NCBI GenBank assembly: GCA_958296045.1
Contig: CATQHT010000001.1
Coordinates: 773,395 to 837,394, forward strand
Direction of reading: 5' to 3'
DNA: 64,000 bases
Origin: Rhodothermales bacterium
GTDB lineage: Bacteria > Bacteroidota > Rhodothermia > Rhodothermales > Bin80
Shown here: positions 20,401 through 29,081 of the stretch, piece after piece
Layout: every line of letters starts with the position of its first letter
Numbering within the stretch: the stretch's first letter is position 1
Translations under genes and position numbers: made by a program
The notes under the pieces: model-generated
What the model saw: the letters and a program-made list of their open reading frames with translations, nothing else
Databases searched by the model: none
What the model was told of the DNA's origin: nothing

Positions 20401-20900
20401 AGCGTGAAAGACTCGAGCTTGGCGTGGCTTCCCGTCCCATCCGGTCCCACTAGAACGAAGCTCCGAAGATTCGTAACCAGCACCAGCTGGTAATGGCCCA
20501 GGTATCGGCTCACCTGCTCGGAGCGCGCCGTCAAATGGGCGTCGTCATACACGCCCTTCACCTCGACGACGCCGCGCTCTGGAATCTGCCCCGGCATCGG
20601 ACGGCCCCTCTGAATTTGCCCCGACGCGTACAAAGCAATGTCGGGATGGCCAACCCCCTGATCTGCCAATTCGGACACGCAGAATACCGTGGGCTTGAGC
20701 GTAGCGCCCACGGCGCCCAAAAGGCCTGCCAGCGCCGGATAATACGACCGTTCTCTTGTCGCGCCGCCGGAGGCACGCACATGCCGGATATCCGCAAAAT
20801 ATGCCTCCGCCGCAGCAACCAGCTCCTTGTTCGTTTTGGCCATGGTATTATTCCAGCAATTCAGGTGCGGTAAGCAGCAGCGGCATTAGCATTAAGGTAA
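17139..20900. repeat. Direct repeat, copy B of the collinear 3762-bp core
   Basis: Matches 12872-16633. Homology ends at 20900, immediately before 'tgtagggagc' (the putative IS30 left end). Confidence 0.9.
17466..20843 (-). CDS. Single-chain type IIG/IIL (MmeI-like) restriction-modification enzyme (copy 2)
   Basis: 1125 aa, collinear with copy 1 at a +4267 bp offset, with the same nuclease, MTase and C-terminal motifs. There are ~20 aa differences, almost all in the C-terminal ~440 aa. Confidence 0.8.
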   Translation of the reverse strand: MAKTNKELVAAAEAYFADIRHVRASGGATRERSYYPALAGLLGAVGATLKPTVFCVSELADQGVGHPDIALYASGQIQRGRPMPGQIPERGVVEVKGVYDDAHLTARSEQVSRYLGHYQLVLVTNLRSFVLVGPDGTGSHAKLESFTLAEAVDEFWRRVEEPRDFAHKVGMSLGEYLARALSQQATLAEPKDLAWLLASYARDGLDRITAAGNGESLLAVRSAMEEALGIRFEGERGKHFFHSTLIQTLFYGVFSAWVLWSRNVQDKSSGPLYDGHYTPKRFNWREAVWFLRTPVLRALFQQLSDPGRLKPLGLDEILNWTSAALDRVERTKFFSRFSEGEAVQYFYEPFLEAFDPVLRKQLGVWYTPTTVVQYMVARVDRALKDDLGIAAGLADENVYVLDPCCGTGAYLAEVLRRIAGNLKEQGFGALGGVYIKKAATERVFGFEIMPAPFVVAHLQIGLTMQNLGIPLAGDGSERPGVFLTNALTGWEPGTTKPLLFPEFEEERDRAEQVKQKKPVLVILGNPPYNGFASVAVNEERELSEAYRTTQRVRRPKGQGLNDLYVRFFRMAERRIVEKTGRGVVCFISNYSWLDGLSFTGMRERYLKAFDTIRIDCLNGDTRKGGKTPSGEPDPSIFTVPSKSVGIQVGTAIATLIRKRNHKPNGTIAFRHLWGQSKAAELIVSAETDSGKLYSDFTPSVPLGLPFKPITMSNDWFEWPALPDLFPVSFPGVKTSRDSFLVDIDLDCLKTRIGEYFDPGLSHEEIARRYPRAMKSTARFDARSVRDALLRRGGPDESGFIRYAYRPFDIRWLYWEKDTKLLDEKRADYAPHVFNGNIWLEAREREAREEFTRGTSVGSLADNFGNGLSSWFPAWLLDNGLTCDGREKRRANLTGRAEQYLARLGLGVEDLFHHVLATLHDPAYREANSGALRMEWPRIPLPGWPDGGGEGAAQALTRSARRGRLLAALLDSEQPVPSSTGIQLYPKIGVASKVEALYMADKNFKVTAGWGRRGNGDAVMPGNGRIVERAYRVEERNALSKHITVLGKTTFDVYLNEEAFWSNVPARVWNYRLSGYQVLKKWLSYREHKVLNRALRPDEVQYFSYMAQRIGALLMASFNESKRRLQ

Positions 20901-22193
20901 TGTAGGGAGCTATAACAACATCTACTAGACACGTTGTAAAGGCCGGGTCCATTTAACAAGGAAGTGCAACACTTGATTTGGCAGAGCAATGGGTTGGCGA
21001 GCGCGTTGGCATCCCGATGGAGCCGTAAGGTCCAGAGGCTGTTGGTAGGTATTGTGGTGATTGGAGGGTATCAGATGGCAAAGGGCTACCGTCATCTTTC
21101 GTACGAGGAAAGGTGTCAGATTCATGCGTTGAAAAAGCGGGCGGATTCAATACGCGGCATAGCGCGGCAGTTGGGTCGTTCGCCATCGACGATCAGTCGA
21201 GAGGTGCGGCGCAACAGTGGAGGTGGAGGCTATCGGTATAAGCAGGCGGACTGATTCGCTCGTGCGCGGCGCCAGAAAGCGTCGTTGCATCCTCGTAAGC
21301 TGACCGCAGCGCTGTGGGCCATGGTGCGCGAGAAGCTTGCCTTGCACTGGAGTCTGGAGCCAATCGCGGGTCGGCTTCGTCATGATGGGGTCGTTGCGTT
21401 GAGCACCACATGGATCTACCGGTACATTTGGAGCAACAGGGTAGCTGGAGGATCGTTGTACAAGCTAATTCTCCGTAGCGGTAAGCGTTACAGCAGGCGT
21501 AGCCAGCGCGGTGCTGGGCGCGGCCTGATACCGAATCGTGTAGACATCAGCGAACGGGATCCCATAGTGGAGAGCAAGACGCGTATAGGCGACTGGGATG
21601 TGGATACGATCATTGGGGGCAAGCACCAGGGTGCGTTGGTATCGATGGTCGACCGTGCGTCGAAACTCGCGTTTCTTGCACTGGTATCTTCGAAGGCTGC
21701 GAGCGGTGTCCGCCGCGCGATCGTAGCGTGTCTGAAACCGGTGAAGGATCGGGTGCATACTATCACGGCGGACAACGGGAAGGAATTCGCTCATCACGAG
21801 CAAATCGCCCGGGCCCTTTTAGCGTCGTTTTACTATGCGCGGCCGTACCATTCCTTAGAGCGTGGCGTGAACGAGCACACCAATGGCCTGGTACGGCAAT
21901 ACTTTCCGAAGGCGACCAACTTCCGCGCTGTTGAGCCGGCAGCGGGAATGCGGGTACAGACGATTCTGAAGGATCGTCCACGTAAGTGCTTGGGTTACCG
22001 CACACCGGCGGAAGTCTTCATTAGCGCGCGGTAGGCTGCAGCGGCCGCTGTGGAGGGTGCACCAAGGTCTGAGCCAGACCCGACAGCAGAAGCCGGTGCG
22101 CCTGGATCAGCGATTCCCAGCAGTTCAGCTTGTGATGATGGATTGATTTGGTCGTATAACCAGAACGACCGGTAGAGCACGATACCGTTTACA
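20901..22193 (+). mobile_element. IS30-family insertion sequence (right end uncertain)
   Basis: The left end 'TGTAGGGAGCTATAACAACATC' resembles the TGTAG.. terminus of IS30 and begins exactly where repeat homology stops. The element contains an IS30-type transposase. The candidate right end '..ccgtttaca' (22193) gives only a weak inverted-repeat match. Confidence 0.6.
21075..22034 (+). pseudogene. IS30-family transposase interrupted by one in-frame TGA (21252-21254)
   Basis: 'MAKGYRHLSYEERCQIHALKKR..IRGIARQLGRSPSTISREVRRN' (HTH) is followed by TGA. The same frame then continues '..FARARRQKASLHPRKL...DWDVDTI...ITADNGKEFAHHE...YFARPYHS.ERG.NEHTNGL.RQYFPK' (DDE). Confidence 0.8.
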
Positions 22194-22427
22194 TGCGGCA
22201 TCATGCATGGCTGCGCGCATGGGAAAGGGTGTTTGCCCCGCTGGCGCCGAAGCTCTTGCGCCCAAAGCGCTGTTTCAGTCTGCCCGACGCCGTTCCATCT
22301 CCGGTCGGGTTTCGCCCTCCCTTCGATGGAACGGCCCCTTCCTGCTCTCTTCGCTAATCCCTGCCTCTATTTGCGAGCACACTGACCTGATTGTATATGT
22401 TGCGCTTCGGAGTTAAATTGGGGCAGC

Positions 22428-22664
22428 AAAGATGCACGCATTGAAGGGCAACTGTTCGTAGCAGTGCTGGCCTACCACGTCTCCCATTTGATTCGCACAA
22501 AGCTCACGGCCAACCATATCCATGAAGGCTGGGATTCGCTCCGCTTCAGGCTCAACCAGATTCTTCGGATTACCACGGTGATGCCAAAGAGTAAGCACCG
22601 CTATATCGTCCTCAGATATTATAGTACGGACGCGGCCGAGACGATGAGGTATTTTGCCGCCTAA
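22428..22664 (+). pseudogene. C-terminal remnant of an IS4-superfamily (IS1634/IS4-like) DDE transposase
   Basis: 'KDARIEGQLFVAVLAYHVSHLIRTKL...' matches the conserved '..rieGHlf..flAl..' tail of these transposases. No upstream catalytic region is present. Confidence 0.5.
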
Positions 22665-22690
22665 CAGCTAACCACCAACGCAACGCTCAT

Positions 22691-23854
22691 ATGAAGAAAC
22701 CTAGTAACGCAAACGCAGAGCAGAGAAAGATCTTCGTGGGTCTTGATGTCCACAGGGACACGATTGCTGTCTGCGCGTACGATCCACAAAAGCACGCGAA
22801 CTGCTATGCTCTGGAAATTTCCAGCCATGACCCGAAACGGCTCCGCACTGTGATGGAGAACATCCGCGACAAATTCGGTGAGCCGCAATGCTGCTATGAG
22901 GCATCATCCTGCGGTTATACGCTCTATAGAACGTTGCACGACCTTGGGTTCGCCTGCGAGGTGATTGCACCGTCCTCGGTGCCACGGCGACCCGGTGACC
23001 GGGTAAAGACGGATCGCGGTGATGCAGCGAAGCTCGCCCAGTTCTATGCGGCCGGTCTATTGACGGTGATTCACGTACCAGACGACGCCCTGATCAGCGA
23101 GCGATCCGTCGTGCGCCGACGGGTTTCACTCGCTCAAGATCTGACCAAGGTCAAGCAGCGTCTAGTGCTCTTATTGCAAAGCCGCGGTCATGTATACCGG
23201 GCAGGCAAGAACTGGACGCAAAAATTCTGGCACTGGTTGAACGACCTATCTCTTAACGATAACGATGCATTTACGCTGGGCACCCTGATGGCTCAGATTG
23301 ATACGCTCAATGCCCAGATCCGCCAGGTAGAAGACCGAATCGCAGAGATTTCAAAAACCTCCCGATACCAGCGAACGGTACAGGAACTGCAAGGCTTCCG
23401 CGGCATCGATCTCTTTACAGCCATGCAGTTGGCCTGTGAACTGGGAGACATCCGCCGTTTCGCACATCCCAGGTCGCTGATGGCGTACGTTGGGCTAGTA
23501 CCTTCGGAGCACTTTTCCGGAAGCCACACACGACCCGGTCCTATCACTAAGACACGGAACGCTTTTGCTCGTAGGGCGCTGATCTCTGCGGCGTGGAAAT
23601 ACACGCACCCTCCGCGGCGCAGCGTGGCCTTGATCCGTCGCCAGGAGCACTGCACGCCAGCCGTGATTGCCATTAGTTGGCGGGCCCAGCAACGACTCCA
23701 CAAACGGTACCAGCGGCTGGTACATCGTAAGGCGCCGTCCAAAGCTATCGTGGCCATTGCACGTGAACTTACCGGCTTTCTCTGGGAAGCTATGCAGACG
23801 GTGCCGCCAGTGGCGGCATCGTCTCAGGAACCACGTATCACCCCTTCAACCTGA
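22691..23854 (+). CDS. IS110-family transposase (DEDD RuvC-like N-domain + Tnp_20 C-domain)
   Basis: 387 aa with 'IFVGLDVHRD', 'CCYEASSCGY', 'VKTDRGDAAKLA', and C-terminal 'LQGFRGIDLFTAMQLACELGDIRRF..PRSLMAYVGLVPSEHFSG....GPITKTRNAFARRAL'. Confidence 0.9.
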   Translation: MKKPSNANAEQRKIFVGLDVHRDTIAVCAYDPQKHANCYALEISSHDPKRLRTVMENIRDKFGEPQCCYEASSCGYTLYRTLHDLGFACEVIAPSSVPRRPGDRVKTDRGDAAKLAQFYAAGLLTVIHVPDDALISERSVVRRRVSLAQDLTKVKQRLVLLLQSRGHVYRAGKNWTQKFWHWLNDLSLNDNDAFTLGTLMAQIDTLNAQIRQVEDRIAEISKTSRYQRTVQELQGFRGIDLFTAMQLACELGDIRRFAHPRSLMAYVGLVPSEHFSGSHTRPGPITKTRNAFARRALISAAWKYTHPPRRSVALIRRQEHCTPAVIAISWRAQQRLHKRYQRLVHRKAPSKAIVAIARELTGFLWEAMQTVPPVAASSQEPRITPST

Positions 23855-24736
23855 GCCCCTCTCGGGAAGGGGGATCCTGAACACGGATGGAGAATCCATG
23901 TATCCACTGTGGGGTAGCCCTTGCGGCGAGCCCGCGAAATCAGATTATGGTAGCTCCCGTCGAAATCGATATCAGGCGTTACGGTTGGCTCTGCCGACTT
24001 AAGCACGCGAACACCAGTTTGATCAGCCGTCGACTCAGGCAGGTCCCCTTTCCCGTGAGCGGTTCCGTGAAAGTCATGTGAACTCCACGCACATATCGTC
24101 CGTTCGGTTGCAAGTGTCCGTACTACACCAATGGATCAACAGTTAACACCATTGCTGCAGCGGATCGTCCAGAGTCTGGGCATGAGCTACGATCCCGCGG
24201 CGATAAGAAGCAAGGAGGAGTACTTTGGTGAGCCGAGCGATCTCGAAAAACCTCCTGACCCATGAATCCTGTTACGCTCCCCATGCCTCACGCCAGTACC
24301 CACTCCAGAAGGAGCAGCGTGAGCTGTGCCCAATTCGGACCGATCAGGCCCGATGACGGAGCCCCTATACGATGGAGGACACGCAAAACAGGGGCGACCA
24401 CCACTTTAAATCAGCAACGACCGCCTCAGTAAACAGCAAACAGCAAGGTCCCTTAGCCCCCGATATAACGCCCCCCAAGACCGAGGACAGGGGAGGTCCG
24501 GCCTTGCATTTCACTACCAGTGACGAAGTTGGGTCAAGCTAATATGAATCCCGACTCGCGTCAAGCTATCGTTATAAGCCCCTCCTGGAAACGTTGTGGA
24601 CCACCTGACGCAGGAGACTGCGCACCAAGCGCACCAGTAATTGTCTACATGCCGCAAGGGCAGGCGCCATGGCGTGATCTCTGGCCTGCCTGGTGCGGCA
24701 TGACAAACCCAAGTGCAGCGCAAATCCGGGCGTCTA

Positions 24737-27670
24737 TCAGAATACAAGGATCGGACGCGCATGGGTGTGCATCTGACGTCCGCCTTTGGCGGTCATCCGT
24801 ACTATGTACATGCCTGGAGAAACGCGCCCTCCCAGCTCATTGCGACCATCCCACGTCACAGCATGAATGCCAGCCGGACGCTGATCGTCCAGCACTGTGC
24901 GTATTCGGCGTCCCAACAAGTCGTAGACCGTCAAGGAAACACTGCTCATTGCAGCCGTCTCGATACGCAGCGTCACAGGAGTCACCGCAGGGTGTGGGAA
25001 CGGTGCATGCACCTGCCAGGCGCTCGCCGGGGCCACCTCATTATCGGCGGCGGTGCTGACGTGATCCCAAAAGGTAACCGCATGGTCTGCATTCGTTAGA
25101 AACTCGCTCTCACTGCTACCGGAGATTAGCGCAAATGCGACCTCTACTGAGTTGCCCGGCTGAATCGAAAATGGCCCCGCGGCGATAAGCTGTGAAACAT
25201 CCTTGGCCACCTGAGAGCCCTCGACTTGGCCATTGTTCTGCACGCCTCCAGTAAGCAGATTCCACTTTTCGCTTCCCGTAAAGCCGTTGTTCCCTTGGCC
25301 GCGATAGATGGTGGCCGCATTATCAATGGCGGCATAATGGAGCGTGTGCGGGGTCAATAGACGTACGCCTGTTACCGCGGTAGGATTGGAAGCATGGTCC
25401 ATCACCCACCCGGTGCCGCGCTGCGCATCCCAGCCCACCACATCGCTTGCTCCAGGCGCGACATCCCAGTCAAAAAACAAGCCCACATGCATGTTGTCAA
25501 TCTCGTTCGCATTCTGGTTGGTGATGGTGTACTGAAGGATCAGCAAATCCTGATAGTTCGGATTGTCGTCCACATAGCTTTCCTGCAGCACCTCCACGCC
25601 AATCGGGTTCAGCGCATAAGAGTCATCCAAAGTCACCCTGCCCTGCTCTGAGGACCGCAGGCCAGGCTGCATAACCTCCATAGCTGTTCCGCTCTTGATC
25701 ACAAAGTCGCGCTGCTGATCGTTGGGGTCGGCTTCTTGCTGTCGAACACAGTCCGACACCCTGGACGCTGAGGTTGCGATCAAGAGTCCGCCTTCGAACA
25801 GCACATCCTGAGGCGTACCGGATGCATTGGTGAGGTTGAAGCCTACGCCACGCGAGTTAGGGGCACCCTGATATGAGGTATAGCCGATATTTCCTTCGTC
25901 TGTGATGCTTACGGACAAGCCCGGTGTCGAATGAGCCGCAACGCCCGTCTCATTGACCGACATGCGGAAAAGGTCAGATTCATCCGAGAACCCTGCCGAA
26001 TCCGTGATCCTGGGATACAGCCGCAACGTACGGTTGTTGGGCGCGTTGGCGTTGATCTGGAATTTGAATGTCACCTCAACACTGTCTCCGGTGGCCAGAG
26101 TCCCTATGCTGGCGGTCTGTGTAGTCCACGTGATGTAGTTGTCCAAAGACTGGAGCGATACTTCCAGGCCGGTGCCCTCTCCATGATAGTTTGTAAAGGA
26201 GGCCACGACATCCACATTGTCTCCAGATTTGATCTGCTGGTTGCCACTCTGATTCTGATAGGACCAGCCCGTGACTCGCAGTGCCGGTTGTGGCGCCGCC
26301 GTCACCGCGGCATGTGCATCCACTCTGCCTCTGCCGTACTTTCCTCTAAGAGACTGCGGGTTGGATCCGTCGATGCTGACAGCCGTGAGCCGAAGCTGCT
26401 CGCGGACCCGCTCAGGCCCCCAGGTTGGAAATTCGGTCTTTACCAGAGCGGCCACACCGGCAACCAGAGGCGCCGAAAAGGATGTGCCAGACCATTGGTC
26501 GGTAGCATTCCCAGGAAGTGTGACGTCGATCGCAACCCCAGGCGCGAAGACGTTGACGGTTCGCCCGTAATTGAAAACATTCTGGTCGTTGTTCTTGAAA
26601 GTGCCGCCTACGCTCAGCGTCGTGCTATAGGAGGAAGGGTAATGGGGCTCCACGTCCACATCGACGCCGCCGTTGCCGGAAGCTGCTACCACGAGCATGC
26701 CAGCATCAAGTGCTGCCTGGTAGACCATCTGGCCAGTGACGGAACTGCTGGACGAGCCATAGCTAGCCGTCGCGATGTGCGCCCCGTTCATGGCGGCATA
26801 CGCGATGCCCTCTAATGTATAACAGAGCAGATTCCAGTCGGAGCAACTGGCACTGAGCGGCATAAACAGCGCATTCCAGCTTGAACCAGCAATGTCGGTG
26901 CTGTTGTCCGTTACGGCCGCCGCGACGCCGGCAACAGCCGTCCCGTGCTCACCTCCCCCTAAAAGTCCAGTGGGGTCTGGTGAGTTGGTGGTGAAGTTCC
27001 AGCCGTGGATGTCATCGACATATCCATTGCCGTCATTGTCCACGCCGTCGCCGTCGATCTCGTTCGGATTGAACCAGACATTATCTTCAAGGTCCTGGTG
27101 GCGCCAGTCCGTGCCCCCGTCCACGATGGCGATCACGACGGACCCTTCCTCCCCCTTTACGACATCCCAGGCAGCTGGCAACTCCAAGCGTGGAAGATGT
27201 GTCTGCTGCGCGTAAAGGGGGTCATCTGGCGTATCAAGAAATCCAAGTGCATCGCCCACCCTCCCAATAGGTACCTTGCGGTATACGGGTTCAGCATAGC
27301 CCACTTCAGCGACGGCACTCAAGTCTTGCGCAACGATTGAAGGTCGGTGCGGGCTGGCGTACCGTACGCGATAGACGTACCGCAAGGCTTCAGCAGAAGG
27401 CGAAAGCGTACGACGTGAGGCAACTGCATCTACGATCGGAAAGGCCTTCTCGATAGCGGTTACACCGTACTGAGCGGTCCGTGCATCCAGTGCGTCAATG
27501 CCGGTCTGACCGCTGGTAAACACTAGGTCTCTGTTGTTGACCTGCATATACACCTGGCCCGGAATGGCCAGATCCGAACCGGCTGGCTGCTGCTGCGCCA
27601 TGCCGCGAGCGAGCCCGGGCCCGCAGAACATCACCATGGTTACAAAACTGAACAGAAAAGCTCTAGTCAT
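24737..27670 (-). CDS. Subtilisin-like (S8) serine protease with T9SS C-terminal sorting domain
   Basis: Catalytic triad contexts 'VIAIVDGGTD', 'EHGTAVAGVAAA', 'SGTSFSAPLVAGVAAL'. The signal peptide starts from M at 27670 ('MTRAFLFSFVTMVMFCGPGLARG'). CTD 'VSLTVYDLLGRRIRTV..GMYIVRMTA'. Confidence 0.85.
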   Translation of the reverse strand: MTRAFLFSFVTMVMFCGPGLARGMAQQQPAGSDLAIPGQVYMQVNNRDLVFTSGQTGIDALDARTAQYGVTAIEKAFPIVDAVASRRTLSPSAEALRYVYRVRYASPHRPSIVAQDLSAVAEVGYAEPVYRKVPIGRVGDALGFLDTPDDPLYAQQTHLPRLELPAAWDVVKGEEGSVVIAIVDGGTDWRHQDLEDNVWFNPNEIDGDGVDNDGNGYVDDIHGWNFTTNSPDPTGLLGGGEHGTAVAGVAAAVTDNSTDIAGSSWNALFMPLSASCSDWNLLCYTLEGIAYAAMNGAHIATASYGSSSSSVTGQMVYQAALDAGMLVVAASGNGGVDVDVEPHYPSSYSTTLSVGGTFKNNDQNVFNYGRTVNVFAPGVAIDVTLPGNATDQWSGTSFSAPLVAGVAALVKTEFPTWGPERVREQLRLTAVSIDGSNPQSLRGKYGRGRVDAHAAVTAAPQPALRVTGWSYQNQSGNQQIKSGDNVDVVASFTNYHGEGTGLEVSLQSLDNYITWTTQTASIGTLATGDSVEVTFKFQINANAPNNRTLRLYPRITDSAGFSDESDLFRMSVNETGVAAHSTPGLSVSITDEGNIGYTSYQGAPNSRGVGFNLTNASGTPQDVLFEGGLLIATSASRVSDCVRQQEADPNDQQRDFVIKSGTAMEVMQPGLRSSEQGRVTLDDSYALNPIGVEVLQESYVDDNPNYQDLLILQYTITNQNANEIDNMHVGLFFDWDVAPGASDVVGWDAQRGTGWVMDHASNPTAVTGVRLLTPHTLHYAAIDNAATIYRGQGNNGFTGSEKWNLLTGGVQNNGQVEGSQVAKDVSQLIAAGPFSIQPGNSVEVAFALISGSSESEFLTNADHAVTFWDHVSTAADNEVAPASAWQVHAPFPHPAVTPVTLRIETAAMSSVSLTVYDLLGRRIRTVLDDQRPAGIHAVTWDGRNELGGRVSPGMYIVRMTAKGGRQMHTHARPILVF

Positions 27671-28243
27671 GGGTCTTGATGCTTGATTCAATCGGAATTC
27701 CATTCGCTGCAGCGCACCAGCCCATTGGTATGACGGTGCTAACACAGCCAACGTAAAGATACAATTCGTTTCGCAGTCGAGTCGTGAAATGCTCAGCACG
27801 GTTCACGCGCAACCGGGCATACTAGACGGCGAAAAACGATGCCCTCTCGGGAAGTGCGTTGTTCCCAGTGCTGAGAATCCCAGCTCCTGCAAACCAACTG
27901 CTAGGTGGCGTAGCTACATTTGAGTAGCGTCATACTGATGGAACAAGATGTGCCTTGCAGATGGCCATATCCTGCGGACTGGGACCACAACACGTCGCGT
28001 TCCGCCCCCTCCCGTGGAATCAGCAGCGAGAATGTCTTGCAAAACGCTGTTACACTGCGGACTGCAGAATCATTAGCTAGTACCAGCTGCGTCATCCGAG
28101 ATACTGTGCTCGGTGGGTCCAGCGTGGGCCTAGCGGCATCAGACGCATGCTACGAGCATTCGTCCAAGCGCCTAAGCTGTTGATGCGCTGTCCAGAGTGG
28201 CCTTGCGGACCTGGTGTGGACCCGAAAAGCCGTACGCGTGCCA

Positions 28244-29014
28244 CTACCCGTAGACACGCCGCATCCGGGCCCGATAGTCGTCAAAGCACTCGTCAAAGCG
28301 TGCCATCGATGCCTCACTTCCGATATGGTAGCTGCTGGTTAGCACCAGCGGCGGCTGGCCCAACGCGGTGAGCTTGTGGGCTACCAGGCACTTGAGGCTG
28401 TTCACCAGAAGCGCAACACCGACAGTAGAGCCAGGCCCTACAAGGTCGGGGTGGCCCTCGATAGTGACCAAGGCATCGCCCGCCGGTGTGCAGTTGTCGA
28501 GTACCACATCGGCTATATCAATCAGGCGCTTGCCGGAGGAATGGCGGGGACGGGAGGCCCGGCAATGGTCGTCCGACACCACTACAATGACCGGCAGCGA
28601 GCGGCGCTTAGCTTCCAGAGCCACCTCCACGACTACCTCATTGACACCGCTGTTGGAAAACACCATGAACGCGTCCGGCGGCTCAAGAATGAAGTTGCGC
28701 AGGATCGTTCGCCCCAGTCCCTCCACGCGCTCAAGAAAAATCGCCTGGCGCTGGCCATTGGGCCCTACCACCATGTTGTGATACGTCAACGACAGCTCCA
28801 CGATAGGATGCCAGCCTGGAAAGCTCCCGTAGCGCGGAAACATCTCCTCTACGCCCATGCGGGAATGCCCCGAACCAAAAAGGTGTACCAGGCCGCCCTG
28901 CGCGATAGTGGTAGCGCAGAGTTGCGCCGCCTCTTCCAGCGGACCCAGTTGTGTATCTTCTATGCGCTGCAGAATCCACCGCGCCTGTGCCAGGTATGCC
29001 TTGGCCGAGTTCAT
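28244..29014 (-). CDS. SIS (sugar isomerase) domain protein, UPF0309-like
   Basis: 256 aa with 'GGLVHLFGSGHSRM', 'MVFSNSGVNEVVVEVALEAKRRSLPVIVVVS'. Confidence 0.7.
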   Translation of the reverse strand: MNSAKAYLAQARWILQRIEDTQLGPLEEAAQLCATTIAQGGLVHLFGSGHSRMGVEEMFPRYGSFPGWHPIVELSLTYHNMVVGPNGQRQAIFLERVEGLGRTILRNFILEPPDAFMVFSNSGVNEVVVEVALEAKRRSLPVIVVVSDDHCRASRPRHSSGKRLIDIADVVLDNCTPAGDALVTIEGHPDLVGPGSTVGVALLVNSLKCLVAHKLTALGQPPLVLTSSYHIGSEASMARFDECFDDYRARMRRVYG

Positions 29015-29081
29015 GATCCGAATCGTGAAGTGCGCCGTAGGTTAACCATTCCGGGTCGCTTTTCCAACCGCCAGAAATTCA

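Noticed and set aside
13199-20843. BREX PglX-type methyltransferases, or type I/III RM subunits.
   Set aside because: No brxA/B/C, pglZ, brxL, hsdS/hsdR or res genes are nearby. The N-terminal PD-(D/E)xK-like motif and the C-terminal GYQVLKKWL motif fit a stand-alone MmeI-like enzyme better. Without a profile search, however, PglX-like ancestry cannot be fully excluded.
12306-20900. Diversity-generating retroelement (template/variable repeat) as the explanation for the two diverged copies.
   Set aside because: The differences are ordinary transitions and transversions at all four bases and are not adenine-specific. No reverse transcriptase is in the window, and the repeat is 4 kb long.
21252-21254. 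In-frame TGA in the IS30 transposase read as selenocysteine or programmed readthrough.
   Set aside because: No SECIS-like hairpin is evident immediately downstream, and the family has no precedent for this. A nonsense mutation is simpler.
20901-22193. A confident right inverted repeat or TSD for the IS30 element.
   Set aside because: Only ~8 of 14 terminal bases match the left end at 22193, the flanks do not duplicate, and the sequence right of the IS does not continue the copy-1 upstream sequence. The right boundary is left as uncertain.
24520-25059. 179-aa plus-strand ORF spanning the non-coding tail and the protease 3' end.
   Set aside because: Its 3' two-thirds overlaps the well-supported T9SS CTD of the S8 protease on the opposite strand. 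The composition is low-complexity Arg/Pro/Ser/Ala.
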